Source: Tetramitus jugosus (taxonomy: Eukaryota; Protista; Heterolobosea). From it: a stretch of 64,000 nucleotides of DNA. Each line of letters opens with the position of its first letter. Position 1 is the first letter of the stretch. The notes below the pieces were generated by a model. That model made no database searches and was not told the origin of the DNA. It saw only the letters and a list, made by a program, of their open reading frames with translations. Positions 10,914 to 22,871 of this stretch are shown here, one piece after another. Position numbers and translations under genes: made by a program. The stretch is taken from NCBI GenBank assembly GCA_937625935.1, contig OW569361.1:248001-312000 (forward strand). The letters are read 5' to 3'.

Positions 10914-12453
10914 ATGGACATTGAATCATGCATGGAAATTATTGATGAGGCCATTCAAGACGAAGACCGACATGTAAACTTCAAATTCATTGCCAACAAA
11001 TTAAACATTCCAGCCAACAATGCCAAAACGTACGGTTCCTTTTGCTTGAAAGCACAATCTTGGTCAATTTCTGTCAAGTGCCTACCCACACACTAACACT
11101 TTATCTGATTCTTGTTTTTCACTATTCACACACAGACTCCTGTATCAATACATGGACAGATATTCAAAGAGAACACGTGGTATCTCTTCACTCTTTGTGA
11201 CCTATGTGATCAGTGGTGTGGACAAAAAGTCACAAATGCACACTGTTCGCCTCCTTTCCCAGAATCAGGTCAATGACCAACAAAAGATGGATCAAATGTT
11301 CTCTCTTGTCACTTCCAAGCACATTTATAGCATTTCCAAGCAAAAACCGGTCACATGTTCCGATATCTATGACAATGATGCTCATTCAGAATATAGAAAC
11401 AAGTTGAACTCTGTCAAGATTGGTGATGCAGTTGCGCTGAGAACCAATCGATACAGCGCTGCCTCATCAACATCTGCTGGCAACGTCAAGAAGAACACAA
11501 GTTCTACAACTTCAAAGCCAACCAGTAGCTCCAGTACCAGTACGACCACTCTTGTGAAGAAGGAAGCAACAACGACTAGTGCTACAATCAAGAGCGAGCC
11601 ACAATCCACAGCAACAAGCCAGAAACAAAAGTCACCTGAAGAGACCGAGACACCAAAAGCAAAGAAGGGAACCATTGCATCCATGTTTGCCAGTGCAAAG
11701 CCAAAACAAACCACTCAACCAAGCAGCAAGGGTGAACCAATGGAGGTGGAGCACAGTGAATCACCTGCAAAGGTGAAGAAGGAGGAGCCACCAAAGAAGG
11801 AAAAGGCAAAACCAAAACCAAAAGCAACTCCAAAGAAGAAGACTACAGCAAAGAAGCGAAAGGCAAAGCAAGTTGTGGATAGCGATGACGATGATGATAC
11901 CACTGGAAACGCAGAGCTTGTATTAGATGAAGAAGACGAAGAAATGGCATTCACTCCTGTGAACAAAATTACCTATGTACCATCAACTCTAACCAGTGGT
12001 ATGAACGATGACTGTGACTATGTTCCATCAGACAGTGACGAGGAGATGGAACAAAAGACTAGATCTTCTGAGCGGTTGCGAACAAAGAAAACAGGTAAAT
12101 CACCTAGTGCCAGCACAAGTTCAAGTCAAATTAAAGCCAAAACCCCAGAAAAGCCAAATGCAACACTGGAGCAGTTTGGTGCATCTCCAGTGAAGGCAAC
12201 TGGACCACGAAGAACAAAGCAAGTGAAGAAGAGAGTGATGAAACAGGATGACAAAGGATACATGGTCGCATCGGTGGAATGGATCGAAGAAGAGATGACA
12301 GAGCAAGAAATTAAGGAAGAGGAAGAGCGAGAGAAGAAGAAGCAAGTCAAGGCTGCTGCGGCTGCCAAAGAGGAAAAGTCAAAAACACCAACCAAAAAGG
12401 CAACGAAGAAGGCAGCTGGTGGTAATATCGCCAGTTATTTTAGCAAGAAATAA
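10914..12453 (+). CDS. POLD3: DNA polymerase delta subunit 3 (Cdc27/Pol32)
   Basis: N-terminal wHTH (DEDRHVNFKFIANKLNIPANNAKTLLYQY), a Lys/Ser/Thr-rich linker, MKQDDKGYMV, and a C-terminal PIP-like box GNIASYFSKK. Intron 11030-11135 (GTACGG...ACTAAC...CAG). Confidence 0.88.
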
Positions 12454-12663
12454 AGCTAACGCGAGTAGTGTTAGTTTTATTAGTATTAGAACGTTTACTA
12501 CATCACTTAATTATTGGTACATTAAAATTGTACTCAACTCAATCCGTGTTCTGTGAGTGTTCGACCTTATTTATCTCAGCTGAGACCTTTGAAAGTTCCA
12601 AGCACCAATTTAATTTAATTGTACCTGATGTTGACTGTATTCCAAGACCGGAGATGAAAATGA

Positions 12664-13257
12664 CTATATGCGATATGAATCTTCGTCGTCATCTAAAACG
12701 AAGTAAGTACGCTTTCACTCCAAATGAATCAACTGAATCAGTTACATACCCCCGATGGATAATTGACAGGAAAAACATGGTAATACTATGCCAAAGAACA
12801 CTTTCATCCGTTGCGAAAGACTCACGCTGTTTGAAGTTTGCTCGCTTGTGCAACTTTCAGATGTCCCCTTCCGCTTAAATATAAAGTCGAAGCAACTACA
12901 TTTCGAATCAGTTTCTCTCATATAATTATTGGCTAAAATCTCAATATTCCTTCCTTCAATACCGGCGAGGTCAATATCTGTAAAATCGTCTTGTTGATCT
13001 CCTTTCGGTAATGACCCAGGGCTTGTACGGGCCGGATCCGCTGGTTTTTGTGGTGAGATTCGGCATGCTCTCCGTTTTGATTGAAAAGCAGCCCGCGCAC
13101 TCACTGGTAGAGTACGGGAATGAAGAGGTTGAGGATCAGTCGAGCTCGCTTCTAATCTTTTAAAGTTGTACTGTGATGGTTGTGTGTAAATGGCTCCGTG
13201 TAATCCGAATATTTCTACTTCACTCTTGGATTGAGAATGACTGAGGAGGAACATCAT
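12664..13257 (-). CDS. Hypothetical protein, possibly spliced or decayed
   Basis: 171-aa ORF whose end coincides with a GTATGT donor; a TTTTAG acceptor gives a short last exon DDEDSYRI*. The 5' structure is unresolved. Confidence 0.3.
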
Positions 13258-13618
13258 GATACTGTGAGATGGCGTTGTTTTTCAACTGTGGGTCTGTCTG
13301 GTTTGTAAAGTAGAGCCGGATCACTAACAAATAGCTTCGAGTAGGACTGTTTGTGAGAGCAGAGAGATTCATAACCTGTCAATTAGTTAACAGAAAAGCT
13401 TCCAACAATGCACATATGACAGAGTAACTGTAGAGATAGCCGTGGAATTCATATTTTTATGTCGTCCGCAACGGAAGAAACATTGAGCTCCGATCGTGGA
13501 CTACGGAGGAAGATAGTTTTGTCCGGGAAGAGAACTAAACCAACTCGGGTCAATCTTTCGGAGAATGACCGTGGAACAAATCGAATGCCAATATAGGTTG
13601 AACCACGCGCATGAGTGA

Positions 13619-15692
13619 TTAACTATCGAGGCTCGAAGTGTCATTCGAATTGGAATCTTTTCCATCCACGTTTTGTCTCTCTTGTTGACTGCTTCTTGTT
13701 GAAAAAAACGAGTCCTTAAATGTCATGTAACGTTCAATGTATGATCCTTGGGGCTGTTCGAAAATCTCATCTTCAGCTCTTCGACGGAATGTTTGACCAA
13801 TCTTTGACCTACCACTAGCCAGTGAAGCAGCAATGGGCCACTTGTTTGGAGTTTCATCTTCTGAATCACTGTCGGATGATTCAGAGGCTGATCCATGATC
13901 TAAATCGGCAGTTGGATTATTGTTATTGCGGGATCGTTGCTCCTCACTAAGCTCAATTTGCTCAGCAAGTTGTTTTTGTTGCAAGTCAAACTGCATGCTT
14001 CGTGCTGGTACACGAATTGGCACGCTCGAAGAATAAATACTTGGTTTCTCTTCCAGCTTCTGCTTAAAGTGTAGAGCGCGTCTGCTAGCAATGTTAGCAT
14101 GCAATTGTTGTTTCCTAACTTCAGGCAAAGGATGTTCCAACTTCTTTTCTGTGTCTGTTTCAGATTCGGATTCAGTGGATGAATTGTACTCATCACTTGA
14201 CTCACTGTTTTCGCTGCTTTCATCCAGAGAAAACACTGCCGCGTTGGATCCCTTTGCATTTTTTGTATTCATCCGGTAATAGTAACTTTGACTCATTAGT
14301 TCTCTTGTTCTCTTCGCATCACTCTTCTTCCTTCTTCTCATTAATCTCCTGTGACTTTGATCGTCAGAATCACTCTTGTCTCCCCCTGCCCTATCATCAT
14401 CCAATGCCTCTGGTAATTCTAGTTCATCGTCCACTGATTTCTGATAGTGAGTGGCGCCACTGCTGTCCTGATCACCATCTCTCAAATCAGACAAATAGGA
14501 AGACGCAGAGTGATTGCCCTGAGAACCGAACAATATATTCTCATCCAATTCCCCACCTGTTGGCGTACTGACGTCCTGTGGAGTCAATGCATTGTCTCTT
14601 CTCGTCTGAATATCCGGTCTCCTGTACTTGATCACGTGTTGCGCTCTCAAAAACACCTTTTTTCGCTCCATGTTCGTTCGTTTAAATACTTGCATATATT
14701 TCTGTTTTTGTTCGGCTGCAAACTGGGCAATTCGCTGTTCCATGGCCACTTTTTCGACCAACAGTGCCTTCTGCATATGAACTTGCAGTTTTCTTAGACT
14801 GGGAAATTCATCGATATTAATATTTACATTTTGTTCTTGTTCGAGTGTGTGTTGAGGCAACAGACCAAACACCTTGGAGTACTGCTCTGAATTCTTCAAG
14901 TCATCCACAGTTTGTCCATACTGTATACAGTTTAAAAATCACAACAAACAAGGACCATAGAGGGATGTGGACATCATCATCATCAAAGAAACAAAGTGTC
15001 AATCAATGAACAATGAAATTCACACATCATGAGCAACAAACAACTATTCCCGCGAAACAGTGGTTGAATAATATCAAAGCATAAACTTTAAGTGACACAT
15101 ACGAGCATATTGGCATTCAAATAGTATCGGTTCTTGTCAGTAATGTACAGTGCACATGTCATGTCACAATTCTGACACGAAACAACCATGTAGTTAATGA
15201 ATGGATCTTCATCATCATCTTCACGATCATCTTCGTCACCATTCGATTGATGATCATAGTGCCGCAATTCTTCTGCACACTGCTTTAGTGAAATACCTTG
15301 TTTTATGCTCTTGTAATAACTCAACGTATCTTTTGTGCACAACAAGTTGATATTCTATAAATCAAAAAACAGTGTGAATATTCACACATTGTCAATGGTC
15401 AATCAATACACATGTGTCACACAACAAAAAAACATTTTTTGTTCTCCAAGCAACAAAAACAATCAACAAAAACAATCAAGAAGAAGCTTTTTGACCATTC
15501 ACACACACATACACATTGAACACCTGCCATGGAGGCACCCACTTTGACACGATCAAACTCCAAGTCATGAATCAACACATCTCTCAACAGTTCATTACCA
15601 ATCAATGGGAGACTCTCTGGATCACATAAATCGACTTGTTTCTCAGGTATGAGATGAATATTTACATTGAGGCATTTACAGTAATGTGTCAT
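13619..15692 (-). CDS. PRAS40/AKT1S1 (Lobe)-like protein (3 exons)
   Basis: Exons 15692-15513, 15354-15103 and 14920-13619 with GTATGT donors, all phase 0. Motifs: CKCLNVNI...CQNC...YSKVF, a coiled coil, TOS-like FSLDE, YSSSVPIRVP, and IAASL...EDEIF. Confidence 0.65.
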
Positions 15693-15955
15693 ATTTTTTG
15701 TTGCGTGGTGGTGGTTGTTGATGATGATGATGGAATTGACCTTTGAGAGTGACGACACAGCGAACGTGCCCTTTGGATGTTTTTTTGGATTGTTTTTTCT
15801 TCAATTCCCGGACAAATAAAATTTCACCGATGCAAGTTCCAAAATAAAGTTTGATCCGATCATTTTTTCGCGCTCCGCCCCATTGCTCTTCACATTTTTT
15901 CAAGAACAGCAGCAGTTTGAAACACAAAACGACAGAAGAACTTAAAAAAACGACG

Positions 15956-18307
15956 ATGACCATAATGATTGACGATGAATCCCATTTTCAAAACATACTC
16001 GGTGATTTGAATAATCCACGTTCAACTGAAGAAACTCGATTGAGAGCGATTCGCTTCCTCAAAAACTCAATCATTGGCAACCGAAGAAAAAAAATTTTGT
16101 TTGCTCAAATGGGTGCAGTGCCAATGTACGTGTTTTCCTGATTTGTCTCTCACTCATGAATTTGTACTCGTGTGAATGTACTTGGTATCGAATATTTTAC
16201 TGATGATTGTTGTTCATTGTTGTTGCTATTATAGTGTCACACAGATATTGAATCAAGAGTCGAGCATTGAATTGTTGATACAGGCAGCTGCCACTCTAGG
16301 TAGTTTTGGAAAGAGTGACGCAGCCGAGTGTGTGCATGCATTGACCATGAGCAATGCGGTTCACGCATTGTTGAGTCATGTGATTGTGGAGCGAGAAGTG
16401 ACTCAGGAGAAACAGTTGAAATTGGTGGAGACTTGCATTCGATCATTGAAGATTATATTTGAGACCAAGGGTGAATTGGCATCAACATTTGATCTTTTAT
16501 TGAGAAATGAGAGAGTGGTTCCTTGTCTGATTCGATTATTGTCGCCTATTGCACGCATGGATTCCATCAATGAAGTCACAGCGAGTTTAATAGCAAGATG
16601 TTGTCGAACAGAAGCGCATCAATCATCGATTTTGAATGCAGGTGGATTGGAGTCATTGTTTTCTCTCATGTTTTCGACCTATCCAAAGGTATATATGTCC
16701 TCTTTATCATGCGATTCAGCAATTCGAGTTTTATTTTACTATTCCGAGAGAGAAAGATTTGGAATATATTGGTTATTTTTTGTGTCATGTGTATGTGTGA
16801 GCGAGTGAGTGCATTGCCTTCTTACACACTCTCTTTCCTGATTTTTATTTATCGTTTTTTTCTGTAGTCACAAGAAGCAGCACTGGACGCGTTGGCTTCA
16901 TTGTGTCTGGGCAATGTTCAAATAGGAAACAAGGTCGCACAACATCATCAAGTCTTATCACAAATTATGAATCTGATAAGGGACTCGAGACCTAACACGC
17001 GATTATTGGCTGTAAAGCTCGTTGCAAATCTCAATAAGAGTGGATCATTGCAAAACCAACTCAACATGAATGATATTACGTGCAGTGTGTTGCCAGTGCT
17101 TGTCAAGTTGATGGGCGATGTGACAGTTCCAAAGGATCAAACTCCCAACATTTTAGCCACTCTCATATCGGGTAGTGAAGAGCTTCAGAAAGCAGCGTGT
17201 GATGCCAATGCCGTTTCAAGGCTAGTCTCTTTTTTACAAGATACATCTGTGAGTGATGTCATGCGAGTCAATTGTTTGAATGCCTTGGCAGAGTTGTGCA
17301 TGGCCCGGGAGCAAGGACGACGCTTGTTGATCGAGTCAAAGGTTCTTCCCTCTTTGATCCACTCATTGTCCGATCCAAACGAACAGATTAAAGGTGCTTC
17401 CTTGTCCTGCATCAAGGGACTGTCCAGGGCAGCTAGATCCCTTCGCTTAGCTCTTGTCGAGTGCGGAGTGATCAATAGTCTATTTCAACTATTGAGTGAT
17501 ACATCTATCACAGTACAGGCACAAGCCTGTGCAGTTATAGCCAATATTGTGCTTGATTTCGCACCGATTAAGCAATACGTGTTCGAAAAGAATGGAATTG
17601 AAATTTTAGCTTCGTTCGCACAATCAACCGATCTTATCTTGAGGATAAACAGCATACTTGCTCTGAACAATCTTGTATATTTTTCTGAGGCTCACATCAA
17701 AGAGGCTGTTTTAAAGTATCTGACCGTTGCTAGAATTTTCGAACTGTTGAGCGATGGAGAGCAGAAAATTAATGAGATTACACTGAACTTGATTCGAAAC
17801 TTGATACATGGACATGCTTTACCATCTAGAGAGTTAACATCAGGACACAACGCAACCCGTTTGTTGACGCATATTGACTATGGTTTGTCTCGAGCTGCAG
17901 CTGGTGCATTACCCGAATCAATTACAGTGCAATTACTATTCGTGTTGTGTAATATGACAGTGTGCATGAACGAGCTACAAAAAGGGGAGGTCCTTAACAG
18001 TCCTATTCTGCGGAACATTTTCAATTTGATGAGGTTGACAAACAAAGAAATACGGTGTTCAATCATCTGGATTCTGATTAATATGACCTGGAAGGGAGAG
18101 CCTGGCTTCAAAAAACGAATTGAAATCTTAAAGCAAAATAACTGTGAGGAGAAGTTGCAGGAGATGCTCCGGGATTCCAATGTAGATGTTCGAGATCGAG
18201 TTAAACAGTGTCTGGAGCAGCTCTCACTGGGAACAATGGAGCCCACCCGCATTTTAACGCCTGATGTGCCAGGCGCCGAAGAAGATGAAGATATCGACAT
18301 GCTCTGA
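15956..18307 (+). CDS. ARMC8: Armadillo repeat-containing protein 8 (GID5/Vid28, CTLH complex) (3 exons)
   Basis: LKNSIIGNRRKK...MGAVP, QAAATLGSF and ANIVLDFAPIK motifs plus ARM repeats. Introns 16126-16234 and 16689-16867. Confidence 0.9.
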
Positions 18308-18396
18308 TAAAAATGTAATCAGTCTCCTCCGTAGTTTGCTATCTGCCGTGGCGGTTGTGTGCCTCATTCAAAAATGTTGCGTTGCTTACACAAAAG

Positions 18397-18467
18397 TTCT
18401 CCTAGGTGGAATCGAACCACCGTCAACGGATTCAAAGTCCGCTATCATACCACTAGACCATAGGAGA
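18397..18467 (-). tRNA. tRNA-Gln(TTG)
   Basis: Folds as TCTCCTA TG GTC TAGTGGTAT GAT A GCGGA CTTTGAA TCCGT TGAC GGTGG TTCGATT CCACC TAGGAGA A (71 nt), followed by a TTTT Pol III terminator. Confidence 0.93.
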
Positions 18468-18653
18468 TCATATAAATTCAGTTTTTTTTGCCAAAACACA
18501 CATATATTTTCAACGTTTCTTTAAACAATATTCTGTGCTGTTGGTTCTATGGTGCGTGCCAAATCTGTCCATCTCCAGTTTTTTTGCACTCCGCGCAACT
18601 TCTTCTGCGCAAGTTTTTCGCTCAGATCAAAACAAAATCAACTCACACAACAA

Positions 18654-21600
18654 ATGAACGCAGAAGACCGCGATCCCTACGGTGATCAGTTCAATCTTTC
18701 TGACAGCAACAACAATAACACCACCATCAACTACTTTGACACGAACAACAGTAGTGATCCTAACAACACTGAACAACAACAAACATGCCAACATTCTTCT
18801 CTCTCTGCTCACTCATCTCTTGTCAATCTACTCTTGCTCAAATCATTGTTGCCATACTTGGGAACTACTAGTAGTACAGGTATCGATGATGATGATAATG
18901 ATGATTCATCAACATCATTTGACTCCATGCTTCAAAACAATGTACCCAATCATTTGTTGCTTCAAATGTGTCGGTTGACCAACACGATTCACTATTCTTC
19001 ATTGTCCTCTTTTCGCAATCATCTACCATCGTCATCATCTAATGATGATGTTAATGATGATGATAATCATAAGAAGAAGAAGAATAAGGCGAAACAGAAC
19101 AAAGAAACAGCAACCACAAGAGGTCTCAGAGAGAAACAACATGAGTATACAAGAGCAATGCGATTGTTGATTGTAACTGCGTGGAACAAGGGACTGATGA
19201 ACGATTTGACCATTCAGTGTCACGAACATTTTTTTGATTTTGATTTGTTCAAGTTGGTTCAGTCATGTATGATGATGATACCCATGAAGAAGAGTCGCAA
19301 TACTACCAACCACGTGAATGTAAATAATACGATTGTCTTGCGTGAGAATCAAGAGAAAATGAATCAATTGTTGCAACAGTATTCATGGAAGAAGGCACGG
19401 CGTGATAAAGATGAAAACAATGAAGAAGAAAGTGCATGGAATAATACAGCGAATCAACGACGGAGACATGGAATGAGATTAATGAGAGGAACAATTGATT
19501 TTGAACAATTGTTAGATGAAGAAGAAGAAGAAGAAAATGATGATGATGATGACAACGAGTTTGAGGTACCAATGATCACCGATTATGCAGATGAAGAGGA
19601 TGATGATGAAGAAGAAGAAGAAATAGCAGAAGAAGAGGAAGAGGAGGAATACGAGGGATCTTATCTGATAGAAGACGAAGAACGGGAAGGGAAGAGTGTT
19701 AGTACGCGTAATCATGATGAAAGCGATGATGAGAGAGATGATAGTGACATGTATATGATCATAACGAGAAATTTGAGTGGTTATTTATCGTTTTTAGAGA
19801 CTATTGATTTGAGTGGATGTGTTCGGTTGACTGATCGTTCGCTCTTGTTGATTAGCTCTGCATGTGGTGGTGGTCAATTGAAGAAACTGTTTTTAAATGG
19901 ATGTTTAAACATTACGGGCGAATTCAATAAGATGCACATCGTGTTACCGAGTAGTTTAGTGGCGCTATCGATTGAAAGCTGTGAGCAGTTCATGGATATT
20001 GATTTGAACAATCTGACAAATTTGCAGTACTTGAACGTGAGCAATACGGAAATGAAAATATTTTGTTACAGGGAGCTCAAACAGCTAAAAACACTCTTGT
20101 GTAGTGGCAACGCATTAGAAGACGACTTACTGGACACACTAACACATAATCATAGAGAATTGGAGGTATTAGATATTTCGATGAACAATATACAGAACTC
20201 AGCACTTCCCCATCTTCTTCGATTGACGAAATTGAAGAAATTGAATCTCTCTGCAACACACATAACTCCCTTCTTTATATCGAAGCATCTGAAAGAGTTG
20301 ACTCATCTCAGATCAGTTGCTGCCTTCCCTCTATATATTACAAATCCGATCTCAGACGAAGTATTTTCGTTGGATGACAAGGGAGCTAAATTATATTATT
20401 ATTCTCAACCTACTATCTTCATGTATGAGGCAATGGAAGAGTTTACGCACTTTAATGACTATTGTGGTGACGATTCTACTCGAGCTAGCGGGCGGTTTGC
20501 TGCGCACATGTTCCGGCTGATACACACAATTGTCGGAGGCGATATCAACGTGCCTCTCGTGGAGAAAGAAATTCTTTTGGCTAAAAGTACACAAGTTGTG
20601 CAACGGATGGCCTGGTGCTCCGAAGTTCTAACCGTCGCTATATACTATATCGCCTCTATTATAACAGCCTCCGACATTCAACCGATGCTACTGAAGCATG
20701 ATGTGGCATTCTCACTGCTTCCGGTCTTGGTCCAGTGTGCACAAGCAAAGAATGATTTTTCGACTCTTGCGATGTACACCTTGTTTGCTGTTTCAAACTT
20801 GGCAATGATCAACGAGAATCGAGCCTTGTATGATATTTATGGAGGTACGATCCTTACCTACAAAATTATGAAGAAGTTTGACGATCTCAACTTACTAGAA
20901 TATGGATGTTATTGTATCACTAACATGAATTGGCCGTCCGCAGCTGTGAAAGGACTCCCTGCACAAAAAGTGGCAAAGCTTCTGCTGGATACAATCAGTA
21001 GGGAGGGTGCTTCCGAGCCTGTGATATGTGCAGCATTAGGAGCTCTTCGAAATTTTACGTGTGACTTGAGAGAGACAGTTGAAGTGCTAACTACATCATC
21101 GTCCCTTGCCAAACTCATGACTCTGCTGAACGATTGCGTATCAACCGTTGAATCAAAGAGTGGAACGGTAGAGCTACTAAGGCTAGAGAATGGACCCCCT
21201 CACATAATTCAATCCCTTGAATCCACTGTAACCCAGCAGAACGAGATAGTGTTCGGATTATGTTCCCTGCTGTGGAATTTGTCTGAGGATGATCGAAACA
21301 GAATCGAGATTTTTGATAACTGCTTCCAGTCTATGATGAGTATCGCTCACAACCATTCAAGGCTGGATAAGGATATTCCATATTTCATCGCAATGGTGTT
21401 TGGGAATCTCCTCTTGAATGATAAAGTTCTTGAGAAGCGATTAGTGCTGTGTCAGGAAGCAGCACGGGTTGTACAGACAATCGTAGATTCTACTGATTGT
21501 TCGAAGAAAGTACGGACCGAATGGGGGTCTTTCAAACCATTATACTTGTTGCTGGTCGATTGGAAAATGGAAGAATCTCCACTGAGGAGAAGCATACTCC

Positions 21601-21827
21601 AGGTGGTTGGAAAGTTGTCCTTGTTTGTCTTGGCTAACATGACGTTCAGATACGCTTATCAAAAGAGATTGATACTTGAAGGAGCAGTCAATTTCCTGAC
21701 TAGAGCAACCTCATTTGAACTACCTGATTACAACAAGTACATTCAAATATCTCTGAAAAACTTTATTGCCAACGGACACGCCACCGAATTTCAAGAAATC
21801 ATTTCCAAGTTTCCATCTGTTATGTAA
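18654..21827 (+). CDS. LRR + armadillo-repeat protein (ZER1/ZYG11- or ARABIDILLO-like E3 substrate receptor)
   Basis: Low-complexity acidic N-terminus, cysteine-containing LRRs (LETIDLSGCVRLTDRSL; LEVLDISMNNI) and C-terminal ARM repeats (ALGALRNFT; LLWNLSEDDRNR). Confidence 0.7.
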   Translation: MNAEDRDPYGDQFNLSDSNNNNTTINYFDTNNSSDPNNTEQQQTCQHSSLSAHSSLVNLLLLKSLLPYLGTTSSTGIDDDDNDDSSTSFDSMLQNNVPNHLLLQMCRLTNTIHYSSLSSFRNHLPSSSSNDDVNDDDNHKKKKNKAKQNKETATTRGLREKQHEYTRAMRLLIVTAWNKGLMNDLTIQCHEHFFDFDLFKLVQSCMMMIPMKKSRNTTNHVNVNNTIVLRENQEKMNQLLQQYSWKKARRDKDENNEEESAWNNTANQRRRHGMRLMRGTIDFEQLLDEEEEEENDDDDDNEFEVPMITDYADEEDDDEEEEEIAEEEEEEEYEGSYLIEDEEREGKSVSTRNHDESDDERDDSDMYMIITRNLSGYLSFLETIDLSGCVRLTDRSLLLISSACGGGQLKKLFLNGCLNITGEFNKMHIVLPSSLVALSIESCEQFMDIDLNNLTNLQYLNVSNTEMKIFCYRELKQLKTLLCSGNALEDDLLDTLTHNHRELEVLDISMNNIQNSALPHLLRLTKLKKLNLSATHITPFFISKHLKELTHLRSVAAFPLYITNPISDEVFSLDDKGAKLYYYSQPTIFMYEAMEEFTHFNDYCGDDSTRASGRFAAHMFRLIHTIVGGDINVPLVEKEILLAKSTQVVQRMAWCSEVLTVAIYYIASIITASDIQPMLLKHDVAFSLLPVLVQCAQAKNDFSTLAMYTLFAVSNLAMINENRALYDIYGGTILTYKIMKKFDDLNLLEYGCYCITNMNWPSAAVKGLPAQKVAKLLLDTISREGASEPVICAALGALRNFTCDLRETVEVLTTSSSLAKLMTLLNDCVSTVESKSGTVELLRLENGPPHIIQSLESTVTQQNEIVFGLCSLLWNLSEDDRNRIEIFDNCFQSMMSIAHNHSRLDKDIPYFIAMVFGNLLLNDKVLEKRLVLCQEAARVVQTIVDSTDCSKKVRTEWGSFKPLYLLLVDWKMEESPLRRSILQVVGKLSLFVLANMTFRYAYQKRLILEGAVNFLTRATSFELPDYNKYIQISLKNFIANGHATEFQEIISKFPSVM

Positions 21828-21844
21828 ATAGTCTGCAGAAAATC

Positions 21845-22772
21845 TTACAAGTTTCCAATGAATTTGGCAATGGTTTTCTTGTATTCCTGTGGTGCCTTTA
21901 CTAAACCTTGGATATGGTTAATATCTTTGCCCTTGATCTCGTGCAATTCAACTTCTTGTGGTACTGACTTCCAGTATGACGCTACTTGCTCGGCAGGCAC
22001 CACAAAATCACCTTCAGTATACAAGGCCAGAACTGGCCATTTCTATAAACATATAGAGCATGAGCTAAACTGACAACTACTCAACAAAAAGTCGAATGAT
22101 ACTTACTGCTGCCGGATTCTTCATCCGATCCATGTACGCCAAAAAGCTACCACTACCAAATCCTAACATGACAATTACGTAAAAGTACAACCAGATTATT
22201 AATTGCATGAGATACACGAACCAAGAAACTGGATTCAACCAGTCACCAATGGAACTCTTCCTGCTCTTTCCACCAGCAGCAGTATGATCCAAACCAGACA
22301 ACACACTACATATTCGAACATCGTCCTTCTGCACTCCAGGCAAAGCTTCTGCACACATGCCACATATCTTGCCAAGCAATCCCTTGTACTTTGCATCACT
22401 TGTCATCAGAGTCATCATCTCAGCATAGAACATACCACCATTGTTACTTATCACATGAATGAACAAGCTCGTTTCATTCGATGACACCAAATTGAGTTCG
22501 TCATCCATCAGAACACTCAACACTCGTTTCACATTGCCACTTCTCAAACTCTGAGAGACTAATTGTGAACCAGATGGTATGTGAGACAAAACAGGGTACC
22601 CCAAATCAGTGTACACGTTGACATAATGTCTCAACAACTTTTCAGAACTGCCCAACCATCCAATCAGCAGAACAAGTTGTTTGTCTTGGGTGATGTTTGA
22701 GGGAACAGAAACGCGGACACCATTGCGTTTGGCCTTGTCACAGAAAGAAGAAGATTCAAGCCTTGATTGCAT
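21845..22772 (-). CDS. TMEM53: TMEM53/DUF829 alpha/beta-hydrolase-like protein (2 exons)
   Basis: LVLLIGWLGS...LRHYVNVY and FIHVISNNGG motifs; last exon PVLALYTEGDFVVP. Intron 22106-22043. Confidence 0.8.
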
Positions 22773-22871
22773 ACTCAATAAGCGTTTCAACAGAAAGAGG
22801 AAGAAATGGTTTGTTCTTTGGAGATTTTAGGAAAATAAAAGGAGAATTCTCCATTTGTTCCGTTTATGTCA

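Noticed and set aside
12468-12878. 136-aa plus-strand ORF after POLD3
   Set aside because: Starts at GTG within the POLD3 3' region and has no motifs. The minus strand has better splice signals.
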